Source: Octopus vulgaris
Lineage: Eukaryota
NCBI GenBank assembly: GCA_951406725.2
Contig: OX597825.1
Span: forward strand, 2,294,001 to 2,358,000
DNA: 64,000 bases
Direction: 5' to 3'
Shown here: piece after piece, positions 24,427 through 38,693 of the stretch
How positions within the stretch are numbered: the stretch's first letter is position 1
Layout: every line of letters starts with the position of its first letter
The notes under the pieces: model-generated
The model's input: the letters and a program-made list of their open reading frames with translations, nothing else
What the model was told of the DNA's origin: nothing
Database searches by the model: none
Made by a program: the position numbers and the translations under genes

Positions 24427-25904
24427 TTTTTATACTAATAATTTTGCGCAAGCTACCATAGACATATAACTAAAGACTATACTACCATATTGCAGAATAT
24501 CTACCGTATACTCATTCCTTCTTTGCGGCCTAGAATCATACTTCTAATGTTTATTTTGTCATGATTAAAGTGCCAATTAGATTGCGCTCATTCTTTCTTT
24601 AGGCCTGAAGATATTAGGCAAATGTTTTGTACGCTGGCGGTTACTATCATGTACATTTTGTGGAGAAAAATGTTATGTCCACTCATTAACACGAGACAGA
24701 TGTATTTGGCTTGGTATTTAAACTAATATGTCTATTCAATATGCTACGAATATATGTTGAATCTTTCCCCACCGCCTATGAATATCAGACTTTAGATAAT
24801 ATCTGAAACAAGGCGATATGGACTCGAGCTACACAAAGTTTTCCTATTCGTCTTCTCGATCAATATGCACGAGCTGTAAACAACTAGAACAAATTCACCA
24901 TCAGCCATACAACTCTTGCTATGTAGCTGAGTGGCAAGCATTATACAAAACTAGGATAATTTTAAAGAAGTAAATAAACGAAAACCTTACTGATCACATA
25001 TATTTATAAATGAATCGACCTTTGTATAAAACAACTCAATTTAGATGTTATTGGGTTCGGTTTTAGAAACGAAGTCGCGACGTTGATGTACATCGTTGAT
25101 ATACGGAGATCCGATTTTGCCATCGATTCAACTTTCTATATCTTCACGATTATAACGAAACAGTTTTTAAATTTGCTGTAATCAGAAACATTTTTTAATT
25201 GGAAATTAACCTATTATCGAAGTAGAAAACATAGATGCCAAAATAATCAGAATAAAAACGTCCTTGCCAACGTCCCCTGTCTTAATTAAATTATCAATAA
25301 TTACTTTAGAAACATCTGCAATGAAATGAAGAAGACAGGACACTAACTACTAATAAAGATAAAATGAAACTGAGAAACACACAGATATTCTCAAACACCC
25401 AGAGAAACACACACCAGCATACAAGCATCACCTATAAAATTTCTACAAATACCACTTGCAGACTTTGTACTATATCAATGAAAACATGTATATCATAAAA
25501 AAACAGTAAGTTGAATACTATTACGTAGGAGATAGTTTAGCCTTTATATATTACAAGCACATTAATGTCAAGGAGTTTATAATGCAGAACTGTTCCACTA
25601 CTGTCCGTCCTGTTAAGACGGTGGTTATCGTAGTATTGGTTGCGTTGTTCATAAATGTACAAGTAAAACAGAAAACTACAGTCTCGAAATTACATTCAAC
25701 TAGCATTCTCGAATTTTTTCAATATGTTTAACTATGTGCATAGACCAAGGGAAGATAAAGGGTAGGAGTTTTGTACTTATATTTAAATACGACGGTAAAA
25801 ACTGTCAAACACTTGACTAAACTTCAGCGAAAATTGGTAAATTTTGACAACATGCATTATTCAATACGTCGTTTTATGCATACATGCACATAGGTGCGTC
25901 ACTC

Positions 25905-26135
25905 GTTTGTCTCCGCGTGTCTTGACAAAAGGTGTTGTTCTTTTACGTCTCCGTAACTTAGTGATTTGACTAAAGACGCTTAAATTAGGAGTAATTAAAA
26001 AAAAACCCAAAGAAAACAAAACAGAACAAAAAACTAACCACTGGGATAGATTTTCCGGACTAAACTCTTCAAAGCAGTTTACCTAAATGGCTGCAGTCCA
26101 ATGCATAGAACAGGTAAAGTAATGAAATAAAAGAG
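25905..26135 (+). mobile_element. Decayed SINE family A, 3' half
   Basis: CTTGACAA...TTTACGTCTCCGTAACTTAG...ATGGCTGCAGTCCAATG landmarks. Confidence 0.65.
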
Positions 26136-26694
26136 AACATGATCTGAAACTTACAGTTAAGATATCAAAATGTGGTTCTACAGACTTACGCAAAATCATG
26201 AATATATTAGTTAAAAGACTTCATATCTGATACTTATACATACAGGAAATTTAAGAGGCCAACTTAAGAAATTTTCAGGATCGTCTCAATTGTTAGAAAT
26301 TGCAGCTAAATGCGTTGAAACCAGAGGCTACAATCTTAAAAAGAGGCGTCAAAGGCATATCGTATAATGTTATGATACACAATGTCATAAATGAATGACC
26401 AATTAGTTATGGCTGAAACTTTTTCCATGTCAGGCTTCCTCGGCCAACGGTGATTTGGTTTTACACATAAACACCAACCTGGCAATATACACCTTTTGTT
26501 AGCCAAACATAATAAAATACCTTTTTCTTAATGTCACCGACGGTGTATGAAGTAGCCATGTTGACTCCCACCTAATAAATTACAGGCATTCAAATCAAAA
26601 CGGAAGAAGTATTTTGATTACGGTACGCTTCCACTTTCTCTGTCCGTGTGTCTACCTGCATTTGCTCCTGTCTCTGTCTATCGTCTGTCGTCTG

Positions 26695-27035
26695 TCACAT
26701 ACATACACACGCGTTTGCACACACAAACACACACATACACATACACACATAAAAATTTACCCAAACACACACACACACACATAGAAAACATTACAAGTAA
26801 CATACACACACGTCTGCATACACACACGTCTGCATACACACACGTCTGCATACACACACAAAAGAAAACACCGCAAATACACACAAACACACACACACAC
26901 TCGCACAAACACACACATACACACAAAAGAAAACCGTAAAATATCCACACTCACACACACGTACAACCACACCCACACATACACTCACACACACAAACAC
27001 CGCAGAGACAGAACTGGTGACCACACACATACACA
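26695..27035. repeat. Degenerate (CA)-rich tract with three CACACACGTCTGCATA units
   Basis: Direct observation. Confidence 0.85.
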
Positions 27036-27428
27036 GGTGGAGACACTCAAAAGATTACTAACCAAAAGGAAAATCCTAATTCTTTCTTCAAAAAGACATT
27101 AATCACAACATACACACCCATCAACACACAGCTGGTTTCATTCCAAACATATTGAAAGGACATTCAGCAAAACACACACACACACACACATGTGGACATA
27201 AAACCCACTCAACAAATGCTTTTTGGCCACTCCTTTGGCAGGGATAGACAAAGAATTCTTTTAGACAATAGATGACTACACTCCTTCTCTTATGCCCTAA
27301 CACATTGAACGCTACAGGAAACTATACTTTAAAAAGTCTTGAACGAAAAATCTCCAGACATGTTCTTGACCACGAGACAGAAGATAAACTGTTTTTAATT
27401 CAAATTTTTATATATGATTTTATTGATA

Positions 27429-27846
27429 GGCGTAGGAGTAGCTGAGTGGTAAGTAGCTTGCTTACCAGCCACATGGTTCTGGGTTCAGTCCCACTTCGTA
27501 GCACCTTGGGCAAGTGTCTTCTACTATAGCCTCGGGCCGACCAAAGCCTTGTGAGTGGATTTGGCAGGCGGAAAGTGAAAGAAACCGGTCTATATATGTA
27601 TATATATTTATATGTGTTTGTGTATATGTTTGTATGTCTGTGTTTGTCCCCCCAACATCACTTCACAACCGATGCTGGTGTGTTTATGTCCCCGTAACTT
27701 AGCGGTTCGGCAAAAGAGAACGATAGAATAAGTACTAGGCTTATAAAGAATAAGTCCTGGGGTCGATTTACTCGACTAAAGGCGGTGCTCCAGCATGGCC
27801 ACAGTCAAATGACTGAAACAAGTAAAAGATTAAAAGAGTAAAGAGT
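27429..27846 (+). mobile_element. Full-length SINE family A
   Basis: tRNA-like head with B box GGTTCAGTCCC, internal TA/TG tract, conserved 3' tail. Confidence 0.93.
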
Positions 27847-28840
27847 ATATTTCATAATATGAGATTCCTCATCGAATCCAGTAACATTTTTCTTTATATA
27901 AATGTTTTAAAAATCATTTTTATTAAATTGCTTCTTAAATTGAAACGTCTTAGAGTTATTTTTGTTGTATTTCCACCTCTATCATGATATACAAGGTGTT
28001 CAAAAATTATCTCCGCAGTAAGTATTTTATTGTAATAAAATAAATGTTCATAACATGGTATAAGATTACAAAAGAATATACTTGAGATTACAAGAACTGA
28101 ATCGGAAGCGACTTGCTAGCAAGGCAAACCTCTTAAGCTCACAGCCATGCTTGTGTCTATACCAGAGATATGTTCACTTCCACTACTCAGTAAAGGAAGT
28201 GATAATGACGACGATGACGACGACGACGATGATGATGGTTTTTGGTCAACTCTGTCCAGAACGGAATCGGCAGAACTATGTTAAGTACCATTCCAAAATC
28301 GGATACCTCGTCGTACCCTCGAGTTAGCAAACTTATCCCCTGTTTTTCAAGAACGCAGAAGCTATTTTGCAGAATGACGACTGACGCTCAAGTGCTTCCT
28401 TCGATGATGATTTCGAAAGCGTAATTACGTATGAGACATTCTGATGCCACAACAGAAGATGTGCACCATAAAATCAGAGTTGTACCAGGAAATAAAGGGA
28501 ATATGAAAACGAAAACCTTTGCAAATATCAGCGAAATCATATTTTTACCACCTGAAAAACCATACAAAATATAACAGGTTCACACGCCAATAACCATAAG
28601 AGAATTTAACAAAAAGATCTGTGCACGCAATGATAGAGTGAATAGTTAGAGTTCATAGTGACATCTACTTCATTTGTACGCATTCACTGTACCTGGCCGT
28701 AAAACGCTTACTGCGTATATGAATAGAATATTATAATAAGGAAATGAAACAATACTGAAAATTGAATTGCATGTCGTCAATTAATACCTGCTGTGTACGA
28801 TATAATGCAATAAAATATTGAATTATATGCTGTTTGTAGG

Positions 28841-28873
<33 letters not shown>

Positions 28874-29004
28874 GTGTGTGCACGAAGAAAAGTGTATATA
28901 TACATACATACATAGGCATATATACACATACATGTACTGCATTTTCATTCGCAAACGCAATGGTGGGAAAGTGCGCACACACCTAGCCACTTACACGTAT
29001 ATAA

Positions 29005-29262
<258 letters not shown>

Positions 29263-29547
29263 CCTTAATATGATCAAAACTCTCGCTCAGTCTTTATGTG
29301 CAGACAATTTTTTGCAACACAAGTGCTCAGACAACATGTCACATCCAATCACATACGTTCACATTCAAGCGAATGCTCCTGTTTGTATGTGTGACAATGT
29401 GAGCTTGTGCCTACCTGACTATATGCGGACACGCGTTGCAGCTACTATTTTGAATTTGTAAGCTAATGGTTTCCATTACGTAATAATGTAATGAACTTTG
29501 CTCATTTATGTCATATAATCCACTTTATGCATACAGACATATTCACT

Positions 29548-29583
<36 letters not shown>

Positions 29584-30212
29584 CATGTAATATATATATA
29601 TACATATATATATGTAATATATATATATATGTATATATATATAAATAAAAAAATGGAGTTAACGCAGGTGTAATAAAATATTTTTACTTTCGATACATGT
29701 TTCGAAAATTCCACTGATACTATTCAAAAGAAAATTTATATATATAAGGCTAAATCTTTTCAAGTGGCCAGCATGGTAATAAAAACCGTCAAAGGTAATA
29801 ATTATTATTAAATTTTAATTTAGGGCATCTAAGAGACACCACCACGCTGGAAATAGTAGCCAAAACTTGACTACAAAACCGCATTAAATGTTCATACATC
29901 ATCAGGAGAGAAGATAAAATGGCAAACATTTTTGCTAGGTTATTTACTAGGTTATAGAGATAGAAAGAGAGAAAGAGTGAGATAGGTAGATAGATAGATA
30001 GATAGAGAGATAGAGAGAGAGGGAGAGAGAGAGGGTGAGTAGACTAAAAACATATTGTGATCAGTAATGCACGTCTCGTAATCTCATGGTTTCATTACCC
30101 AATTTTTTCTGGGTTAGGGGATCATGAATTTGCAAATTTGAAAGATGATGAACTTTGGGTTCAGATTAGCTGGAGTATAATACTGATCACAATACATTTT
30201 CTCTCTGTGTAC

Positions 30213-30243
<31 letters not shown>

Positions 30244-30917
30244 TGTTAATATGTCTCTGAGTAAATGTATTGAGAACGCACCGGAAAAGACCAGACCTTA
30301 ACGAACAAATCGTAGAAGATGGAGTCCTACAAGAAACACGTTTTGTGTCTTTTTATCACATTGAAGATTGCTAATGACATTCATCAGTAATAAAACTTTT
30401 CACTCATTTGGTTCTAAATTTTCTTCAGTTGCAAACTTTCTGTCGCAGTTATCTGACTTATTAGTAACCGATTCCCATTAGTTGTCAATCATTCTGCATT
30501 CTATGATGGGCTGTACTTCTGGGATTAGGTGAAACCTCCTGCCTTTGCTTTTACACTGAAAAGTGCTTCGAAGTGGCCGCAAACATACTCTATACAACAC
30601 CAAGTATGTAAATTATAGTAATAAATTATATTTATAATTTCATTCATTTGTCCAGTTTTACTGCGAAATTCGGTGACAATTCATAAGTAACATTAGATTT
30701 GGTTGTTATGTTTGGTTAGATGAAGCACGTGTAGAGAAACTATTTTTAAGTAGAGAAGACTGTTGGAAATATAGTTATCCAGTGCTGTAGCGGAACTTTG
30801 GAAGTAGCAAGCATATATTTTTATCCAGTGGAAGGCTGAAGGCTAGAGTATAGGTCAACATGTAGGAACCGAGTCACTCTACCCTAAAAACGCAAATGTT
30901 GGGATTTTAAATTTATG

Positions 30918-31229
30918 TACGAGGGTGAATCACGGGAATAAATTTTGCCTCTCTTCGGCCGCATGAAAGAGGGTTTGAGGGGCAAACATTATTCTAGTGA
31001 CAAGGAAGTGAAAACTGCAGTGAAGAGGTGGCCGAAAGAACAGTCAACAGCATTTTACGGTACAGGGATACATGCTCTCATTCGAAGGTAGAACATTGAT
31101 ATTGAGAGAAACGGTGATTATGTTGAGCAGTAGGGATGTCATCCACATAGTACCACCTTCATTTTGATGTATACCTGTAAGCATACCTGTCCTAAACAAA
31201 ATGGCATTACTTTTCGACTCACCCTCGTA
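30918..31229 (+). mobile_element. Internally deleted mariner element with TIRs and TA target duplication
   Basis: TA-CGAGGGTGAATCA ... CGACTCACCCTCG-TA. The inside reads LFGRMKEGLRGKHYSSDKEVKTAVKRW...FYGTGIHALIRR*NIDIERNGDYVE, the mariner C-terminus. Confidence 0.92.
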
Positions 31230-31539
31230 CATTTCAGGTGCGCTGGTTTCAGGATTTTACAGTCACTGCATTCTTTTCCAGGATGAGAAAAATAATAGTG
31301 AGGAACTTTGCAATGTAGACTGCTATAAGAACTAATCATAGTAGGCCAATTCACTAATCAACAATATGCATATTTACACAATACACACACACACACAACA
31401 CAGACACAGACACACACACACATATACAGATATAGATGTGTGCGTGTGCGCGCGCACGCAAAAATACACTAACATTCAGGGTGAACTTGGTTGAATATAT
31501 TTTGTAAACACTTGACCAATAGTTTTGCATCAGTGCGTT

Positions 31540-31564
31540 TTTGCGCGCGCGTATGCGTGTGCGT

Positions 31565-31631
<67 letters not shown>

Positions 31632-31666
31632 TATGAATATATCCATGTATATGTATATATATACAT

Positions 31667-31748
<82 letters not shown>

Positions 31749-31790
31749 GCATACATACATATGCATGTACATAGATAGACACATACATAT
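31540..31790. repeat. (CA)n/(TA)n compound microsatellite
   Basis: Direct tandem repeats. Confidence 0.95.
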
Positions 31791-32594
31791 AGAAATTGAC
31801 ATTAACATATACGAACATTCAGTGGAAAAACATGAACCACGATTTTCTTCAAATGAACATGTTAGAAAAGCTTTTAATTTTATAAAATCGACTGACTGTT
31901 TTTTTTGCTTCTTCCTTTTTTTTTTTTTTGAATTAGGGCTAAAACATCTGAAATAATTTAAAGAACAAACAACAAAAATTAAAAATAAACAAATAAACTA
32001 AAACTTTTCAAGTCTGCAAAAAGCAAATTTTGTTATAACCAATGTCATTAAGAGATATTTTAAGAAAATTTTTGCCACATTCGTCTTTATTGCAGAGTAA
32101 TTGAAATTTAATTCCGAAAACCTACAATCAGTGAAAAATCAAATTAAACTTCATATATATTTCGTCCATTCCAATGAGTTTTGATGTTTCCTCATAAATT
32201 TCTGGAATTTGTTGTTTTAGTGAAAGAAAATTAGAGAGAAAGAAAACCTCCGATGTCAAGGGTCAGCGATCATTAATATGTTAACAAAATAAGCAGAAAC
32301 AAACATCGAAATATTCTGATATCTAAATTATTACTTTTCTTCAGGAAATCTCCTTAATTATTTCAATTTAAAATAATTAAATTTTACATGATAAAATTAG
32401 AATTATTGATTTTTTATTTTCTCCAACACAACCACATCAAGACGAATTTTCATTTTTAATTCGTTTTCTTCTTCATAATGTTTATTGTACTTTAATTTTT
32501 TAAAAATGTTGGTGTTCGCTTATTTATCACGGGGATTATTAAATTTAAAGTAATTGCCACCTTTTTCAGAAGTAGTTACCATACTTTTAGTGTA

Positions 32595-32687
32595 TATGTA
32601 CATACATTCATATATACATACATACACGGCTATATAGAAACATACATAAATATATATATACATTCATACACACATACATACCTACAT

Positions 32688-32732
<45 letters not shown>

Positions 32733-32833
32733 CATACATATACATATATATACGTATATGCATATAATAGAACATATATTATATATATCTATAAATATGT
32801 ATTTATGAATATAGTTATGCATGTGTGTGTGGC

Positions 32834-32884
<51 letters not shown>

Positions 32885-32912
32885 TCATACTGATATTTAC
32901 ATAATCTTTGTA

Positions 32913-32953
<41 letters not shown>

Positions 32954-32970
32954 GTGTGTTTGTGTGTGTG
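32595..32970. repeat. (TA)n/(CATA)n compound microsatellite
   Basis: Direct tandem repeats. Confidence 0.9.
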
Positions 32971-33949
32971 CAAGGAGTTGCGCGCGCGTATATTTGGAAA
33001 CGCATGGGATTATATGTCCATATGTCTTTGTGTACAATTTCATGTGCGTGAGTTTATTCTTAGTCTACAAATATATACACGCACACATGATTGTTGTTCT
33101 CTCCATTTCATTTACACCAATATATTCGCACTAATTTTCGTCATATATACGACTAACCTACTTTTCTCTCTCTCTCTCTCTTTCTCTCTCTGAATCCTAT
33201 TCCATTTAACCCTTTTGTACTTCGCTGCAATGCTACACCAAAAGTATTTCACATGTAGAATGCTGTGAGCAAAGTACTTGATTCAAATTTCTCACCAAAT
33301 TTCTACGGTAACCTTTCCAATGAAGTTTTCCTATCTACTTGAAAGCTTCTAAAAAGTTTGTGATACAGAATCTTGATTCGAAATTGCTTTATACGATCAC
33401 TTCAACAGGTATGAAGTGCTGCGTATGTTACAGGAATTGCACCTGGTATCATCCGTCGTCTAATTGCGTTAGCGTTTCATACCTGAAAATGAAAACTGCT
33501 TCTTGTAGTGTAGTTGTGTAGTATATGTTGCTTTTCAAAATATCTTGGATTTGTAAGGGAAATTTAAGCCAGCAGGAAAATAGATATGAGATTGGTCTTT
33601 GTGTTAGAAATAGAAATATGGATGCGTGTATGCATGTGTATTTGCACGTAAGTGTGTTTGTGTGTGTATAAATGTATATATAGTAAAATTTCTGTGTATT
33701 GTATAGGCAGTAGTTTGAAGTGTTCAGATACAAGCCCGAGACGCAAATTTCTATAAAGATATTCTGCCAGGGATCGGTGTATATCAGCTTTGAGAGAGGC
33801 AAATGTATCAGTCATTAAAATATTGAAGCATATTAAAAATCTATGAATACATAAATATATAAAGAATTAATATATAAATAGATGAATGGGATTAAGTTAT
33901 ACAAGCGTAGATGTATAAAAGTATTGATGTATAAAGATATATATGGAGA

Positions 33950-34846
33950 CATTTAGAATTACGGTCGTATTAAAAGGCGTTGTAGAACGGCATTGTAAAA
34001 ATTATTGATGAATATGCCCTTACGAGTAGTTGAATGAAATAAAGTCTTGTGAGTATCATTGAGGTTGGATTTTTGAAAAAAAAACATATCTAAATAATCC
34101 AAGAGAATAAGTTTAGATAAACTGTTGGTGGTAATAATCTTATGGCCGTTTCAGGAGCATAGTTTTCCATAGATTTTAAGAGTATTTTCACTCCGAAAAT
34201 TGGATACTGCCTCCTTCATCAGAGCGTGTATTATTCAGGATTCAGATTTCGTACTGGGCAGATGAGATTTAATGATATAAAGAAGTGCACTTATTATCAG
34301 GAAGAGGAAATGCTATAGCAGGAATTATGGGAATTATTATTTAGAAAATGTTGTAAATGTTAAGCGGGTATTAATTGATCAACATGAAGTTACAGGATGG
34401 CAGGAGTAAAGAGATTAAGAGTAATATGTAGTTAATTAAAAATTTAATGGTGAATTTATCGAGATTTACCCAAATATTTAAATCTTGAACGGTAGCTATG
34501 GTTACAGGAGAAAATAGCATCCGAGAATTTGTTTAATGATATAGGATCATATCGACGAAGAATATTCATGGATTCTCTAAAACACAATTTAAATACACCC
34601 GCGTAATTGTTTTGTATGGGGCGGAGGCTTCTGTTATTACAGACTAAGATAATGAGTATTGTATATTTTTTTAGTTGACGTTCTTGCATCAACGAAGTTA
34701 GCGTTGTGGAAGATTTATATTTTACGTTGGTAAACGTGTTCAAATGGGCTCTATATCGACGTTGAAAATTTACAGTGGCTTCCTATATAAACTCTTACCC
34801 TCTGTGTGACAGAGATTGCCATAGAACACGTGTATACTACATTATA
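33950..34846 (-). mobile_element. Second 5'-truncated Penelope-like element (different lineage): decayed GIY-YIG domain plus 3' UTR
   Basis: NVVYTC...VYIGS (ORF 34751-34954), then after a frameshift RYRAHLNTF..Y..STTL, KLCFRESMNIL and LNKFSDAIFSCNH (ORF 34456-34743). A hammerhead lies about 230 bp after the stop. The 3' boundary is approximate. Confidence 0.8.
34138..34225 (-). ncRNA. Hammerhead ribozyme motif with long stem II insertion (partly decayed)
   Basis: CTGATGA-AGGAG(G)CA...TGCTCCT-GAAA-CGGCCA-TA-AGA; stem III looks like a mutated CGGCCG palindrome and stem I is weak. Confidence 0.6.
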
Positions 34847-34916
34847 ATGTATGTATGTATGTATATATGTATGTTTATATATGTATGAATGTGTGTATAT
34901 ATATATATATATATCC

Positions 34917-34966
<50 letters not shown>

Positions 34967-35000
34967 GTATATATTCAGTCACCATATTTCATTCAATAAC

Positions 35001-35095
35001 GGCTACCTCTGATGAGCGCAGCTTTACATAATCGGATTGTTACCTAACAGTCCGTTGAATCCCTAGCGCGAAACCGATTTGTAAGATCGGCTGTA
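35001..35095 (+). ncRNA. Hammerhead-like motif with extended stem II (cleavage site and stem I decayed)
   Basis: CTGATGA(35009-15) GCGC ... CGGATTGTTA-CC-TAACAGTCCG ... GCGC GAAA(35070-73) CCGAT-TTGTAAG-ATCGG. Confidence 0.55.
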
Positions 35096-35164
35096 ATGGT
35101 CATATAATACTGTACACTTCGATTTATATATGTATATGTGTGTGTGTATGAATACGTATGTGTA

Positions 35165-35197
<33 letters not shown>

Positions 35198-36099
35198 TTG
35201 TGTGTGCTTGCTCGGGTACGTGTTTGTTTGCGCATCAGTGGGTTTTATACAATGAAGTTGTTGCATTGAATGACCTGTGTCAGGCGGCATAACTGTCAAC
35301 ACGATCTTTATCTCTGCTGCTTTTAAAACCACAAACAACTGCGTAGAAGTTCCAAGATCTATATTCTGACTGCAATGTTTTCACGCATGTTCACTACTTT
35401 GCTTCCTATATGAAAAGAGATGAAGATGAAGGATTTCGGAATGCCTTCTTCTCCGAGCCAATCTTTACAGGAATTTGGCACGTGTTGTCATGTGGAAATG
35501 TTTTCTTTGAATTCTTTACTAAATTGCTTTTATCCGTTCAAAGCTTTCAGCCGTGACACGTCTGTCATGACGAAACACCACTGTCGCTGTTTACTGAACC
35601 ATGAAATCACCTGTGTAGCGTAAGTGACGTCACGCTACACGCCAATATACACAGATATAGAAGCAGGCATGGAGACAGACACACACATTTATACGCACGC
35701 GAACACATACACACGCAAAAACACACGCATGTACACGTGCTCACACTCGCATGAACGCCTCCTCACACACATACACACACACAAAGGAAATAAGGACCGC
35801 TTTACATACCTGTAAGTATATTTATGCTGATGTATAGTTGAGACTGTGAATATGCATACACACACACACACACATTCTAAATTTGCTGCGTTTAATATAT
35901 GTACAATATCGGATAAGTATATTATATCATACCTTGATATTCTCTGCACTCAGATCCCTTTTGAGAAACATACAGATCAAGACTGGTCGTAGGTTTTTCA
36001 ATCTAGAGAGAAATAGCTACATTTTCCCCAGTATATGTCTTGTATATGCTTCACACTGATTCACACAAAATGTGTATGTGTGCGCGTGTGTGATCTGTA

Positions 36100-36101
<2 letters not shown>

Positions 36102-36194
<93 letters not shown>

Positions 36195-36198
36195 TATA
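36102..36198. repeat. (TA)n microsatellite
   Basis: Direct tandem repeat. Confidence 0.97.
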
Positions 36199-36204
36199 TC
36201 TAAT

Positions 36205-36340
36205 TCAAATTTACAGAAAACAATGGAAGAAGACAGGTATAAGTGCACCAAGCAGGTGTATCAGTTCAACGCTCGGGAAGGAAAAGTTTTGTAGAGGTTT
36301 CGCTCTTCACCAGAAAGAATTAAGAGTTCGACGGTCCAAC
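36205..36340 (-). mobile_element. Solo PLE pLTR remnant
   Basis: Matches 17585-17710; the hammerhead is collapsed to TCTTTCTGGTGAAGAGCGAAAC. Confidence 0.6.
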
Positions 36341-36412
36341 ATGGCGAGATGACTAGAAAAAAGAGGTTCAATAACAATAACAGTAATGGTGACCCCCAAC
36401 GAATTAAGGTGC

Positions 36413-36447
<35 letters not shown>

Positions 36448-37091
36448 TGAGAATGGTGCGTGTAAGTGTGTATGTGCGAATAGGGGTGAGTGCGTAATTA
36501 CGTATATATATATATATATATAAAACCGTCCACGCAGATTACTCTACACGCACACATACACACACACACACACTAGCACACATGCACGTATGTGTAGGTC
36601 TGTGTCCTTTTATATATTTGTATATATATGCAAGTATATACATATATATGTATGCATGTATTTATATATATATGCACAATACATGTATACATATATGTAT
36701 GGTGTATAAACTTTGAGTCTCTAAAATGTAGTGGAACATTAAAGATATGTTTAGGTATCAAAACATTTCATATTTCAATAATAAGAAATTCCTTACTTTT
36801 ACGGTAATAATAAATGAAATTGATATTAAAAAATCCATGTATTTAAAATTTTCAATAACAATAAGTACATAATTTTGATATATTGCAATTTTCGTAAGTT
36901 TCTTTTCAGTTACATAAGCTGAATAATAAAAATGGCGTTAACGTTTCATTCTCAAATAATAAGTTTCAGTATTATTCAGTATACTAATCTAACATTGTCT
37001 ACTCCTACTTTATAAAACCATATAATATTTTAGCACGCACATATATATATATATATATGCACGTATGTATACACACACATACACACACACA

Positions 37092-37133
<42 letters not shown>

Positions 37134-38007
37134 TGCACACACACACACTTATACAGAGAACAGTCTCATTCTACTAAGTAACATGGGTTGAAAAATGATA
37201 TTTTTAATGTTAGTCGACACTTAACAGAGAGAGAGAGACAATATTTCTCCCAGCAAAACATTTTAGTATTCCTAGTATTTCAGTATTACAAAGCAAGAGA
37301 GAGAAAAAGAAATGTTTTATTGAAACTATAACTGCAAGGAAAATAGTTTAGAGTTTAATTTACTTGTGATGGAGAATTAAAAATAAATATATATATATGG
37401 AAGAATAATAGTTGCTGTAAAACTAAATAAGACAATATGTGCATGAATAAAACGTTTGCGAAATAATATATTTTTAGCTTTACTAAATAACATTATAAAA
37501 GACAACGTTTTTCATTTGACTAAATAACTGTGAGAATTACAATATTTTTAGTGTTACTAACTTTGAGTAAAACATTATTTTTAGTGTCATAAAGTAAACT
37601 GATATTTATCTCTCTTGCATGAGTGGAACGATTTTATATATCTCTCATAATGCCAAAAATATGTTCCCTCTCGGGAGAAGTAATTTCGTAGATATAACGA
37701 AATAAAAGATTTTAAAAAAAAACGGAACAAAGTAACCAAAGTCTCAAACAATATGTGAGTTGTTTAAAGATTTCAAAGAGATCACTTTCGCTGAATAAAC
37801 TAAAGACAGATTTATCGATATTTGATGTGGAGATTGCCAGAGACAAACTTAAATATGAACGATCTTTTCAGGGACTTCAATGGCTTTATATTGGTTTGAA
37901 AATATATCAGTTTAGGTTATCAAAAGACATAATAACCCACTTAGATTTGTTTCTCCCATTTTCATTTTACCTTCTCAATATATATATATAATTATTATAA
38001 TTATACA

Positions 38008-38056
<49 letters not shown>

Positions 38057-38354
38057 TGTATATTGTTATGTATCGAAATATGTTTCTATCCGTACATATA
38101 AACATATAAACGTGCACAAACCACAGACACACGAAATGACTCGTTTGCATAAAGTGCTAATCATTGATCGTCATTTCGTTTACATCCGTTTTAAAGTGCG
38201 CAGAAATGTTCTATTGATTTTGAGGTTTATTGTAACAAACAGAAATTTGCTTTCGCTTATCATTTATCACTTCTCTCGTAACCCCTCTCCCTCTCCTCCT
38301 CTCTCTTTTCTTTCTCTCTCTCTCTTTCGCTATATATGTATGTATGTATATATA

Positions 38355-38560
38355 GTGAATCCAAACAATGAACAAACAAGAAAAACAATGACGCAAGCAC
38401 GTGGTACAAGTACTGTATTATCAGACGCTCAGGAAAGGAAGGAAAGAGGATTTAACGTTTCGAGCCTTGTTCTTCTTCAGAAATGGAGGAAGGTCCAAAG
38501 GAAGTGAAGACGGAAGGAGAAAATCTCCAACGATACACACGCGGTTACATTTTGAAAATG
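38355..38560 (-). mobile_element. Solo PLE pLTR remnant with hammerhead motif at 38450-38484
   Basis: Minus strand ATTT-CTGAAGA-A-GAAC(AAG)GCTC-GAAA-CGTT-AAAT followed by TTCCTGAGCG...AATACA, as at 21788-21809. Confidence 0.65.
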
Positions 38561-38589
38561 TATATATGAATATATGAATCCATGTACAA

Positions 38590-38598
38590 TAGTAGTAA

Positions 38599-38682
<84 letters not shown>

Positions 38683-38693
38683 TAATAATAATA
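38590..38693. repeat. (TAG)n(TAA)n microsatellite
   Basis: Direct tandem repeats. Confidence 0.97.

Noticed and set aside
28388-28540. 50-aa hydrophobic ORF on - after a tttttcag acceptor-like site
   Set aside because: T-rich sequence gives hydrophobic peptides by chance, and there is no recognisable homology.
33710-33815. RSLAEYLYRNLRLGLVSEHF, faintly like PLE R.LA.RF.EHLR...VS.HF
   Set aside because: Too short and diverged to support.
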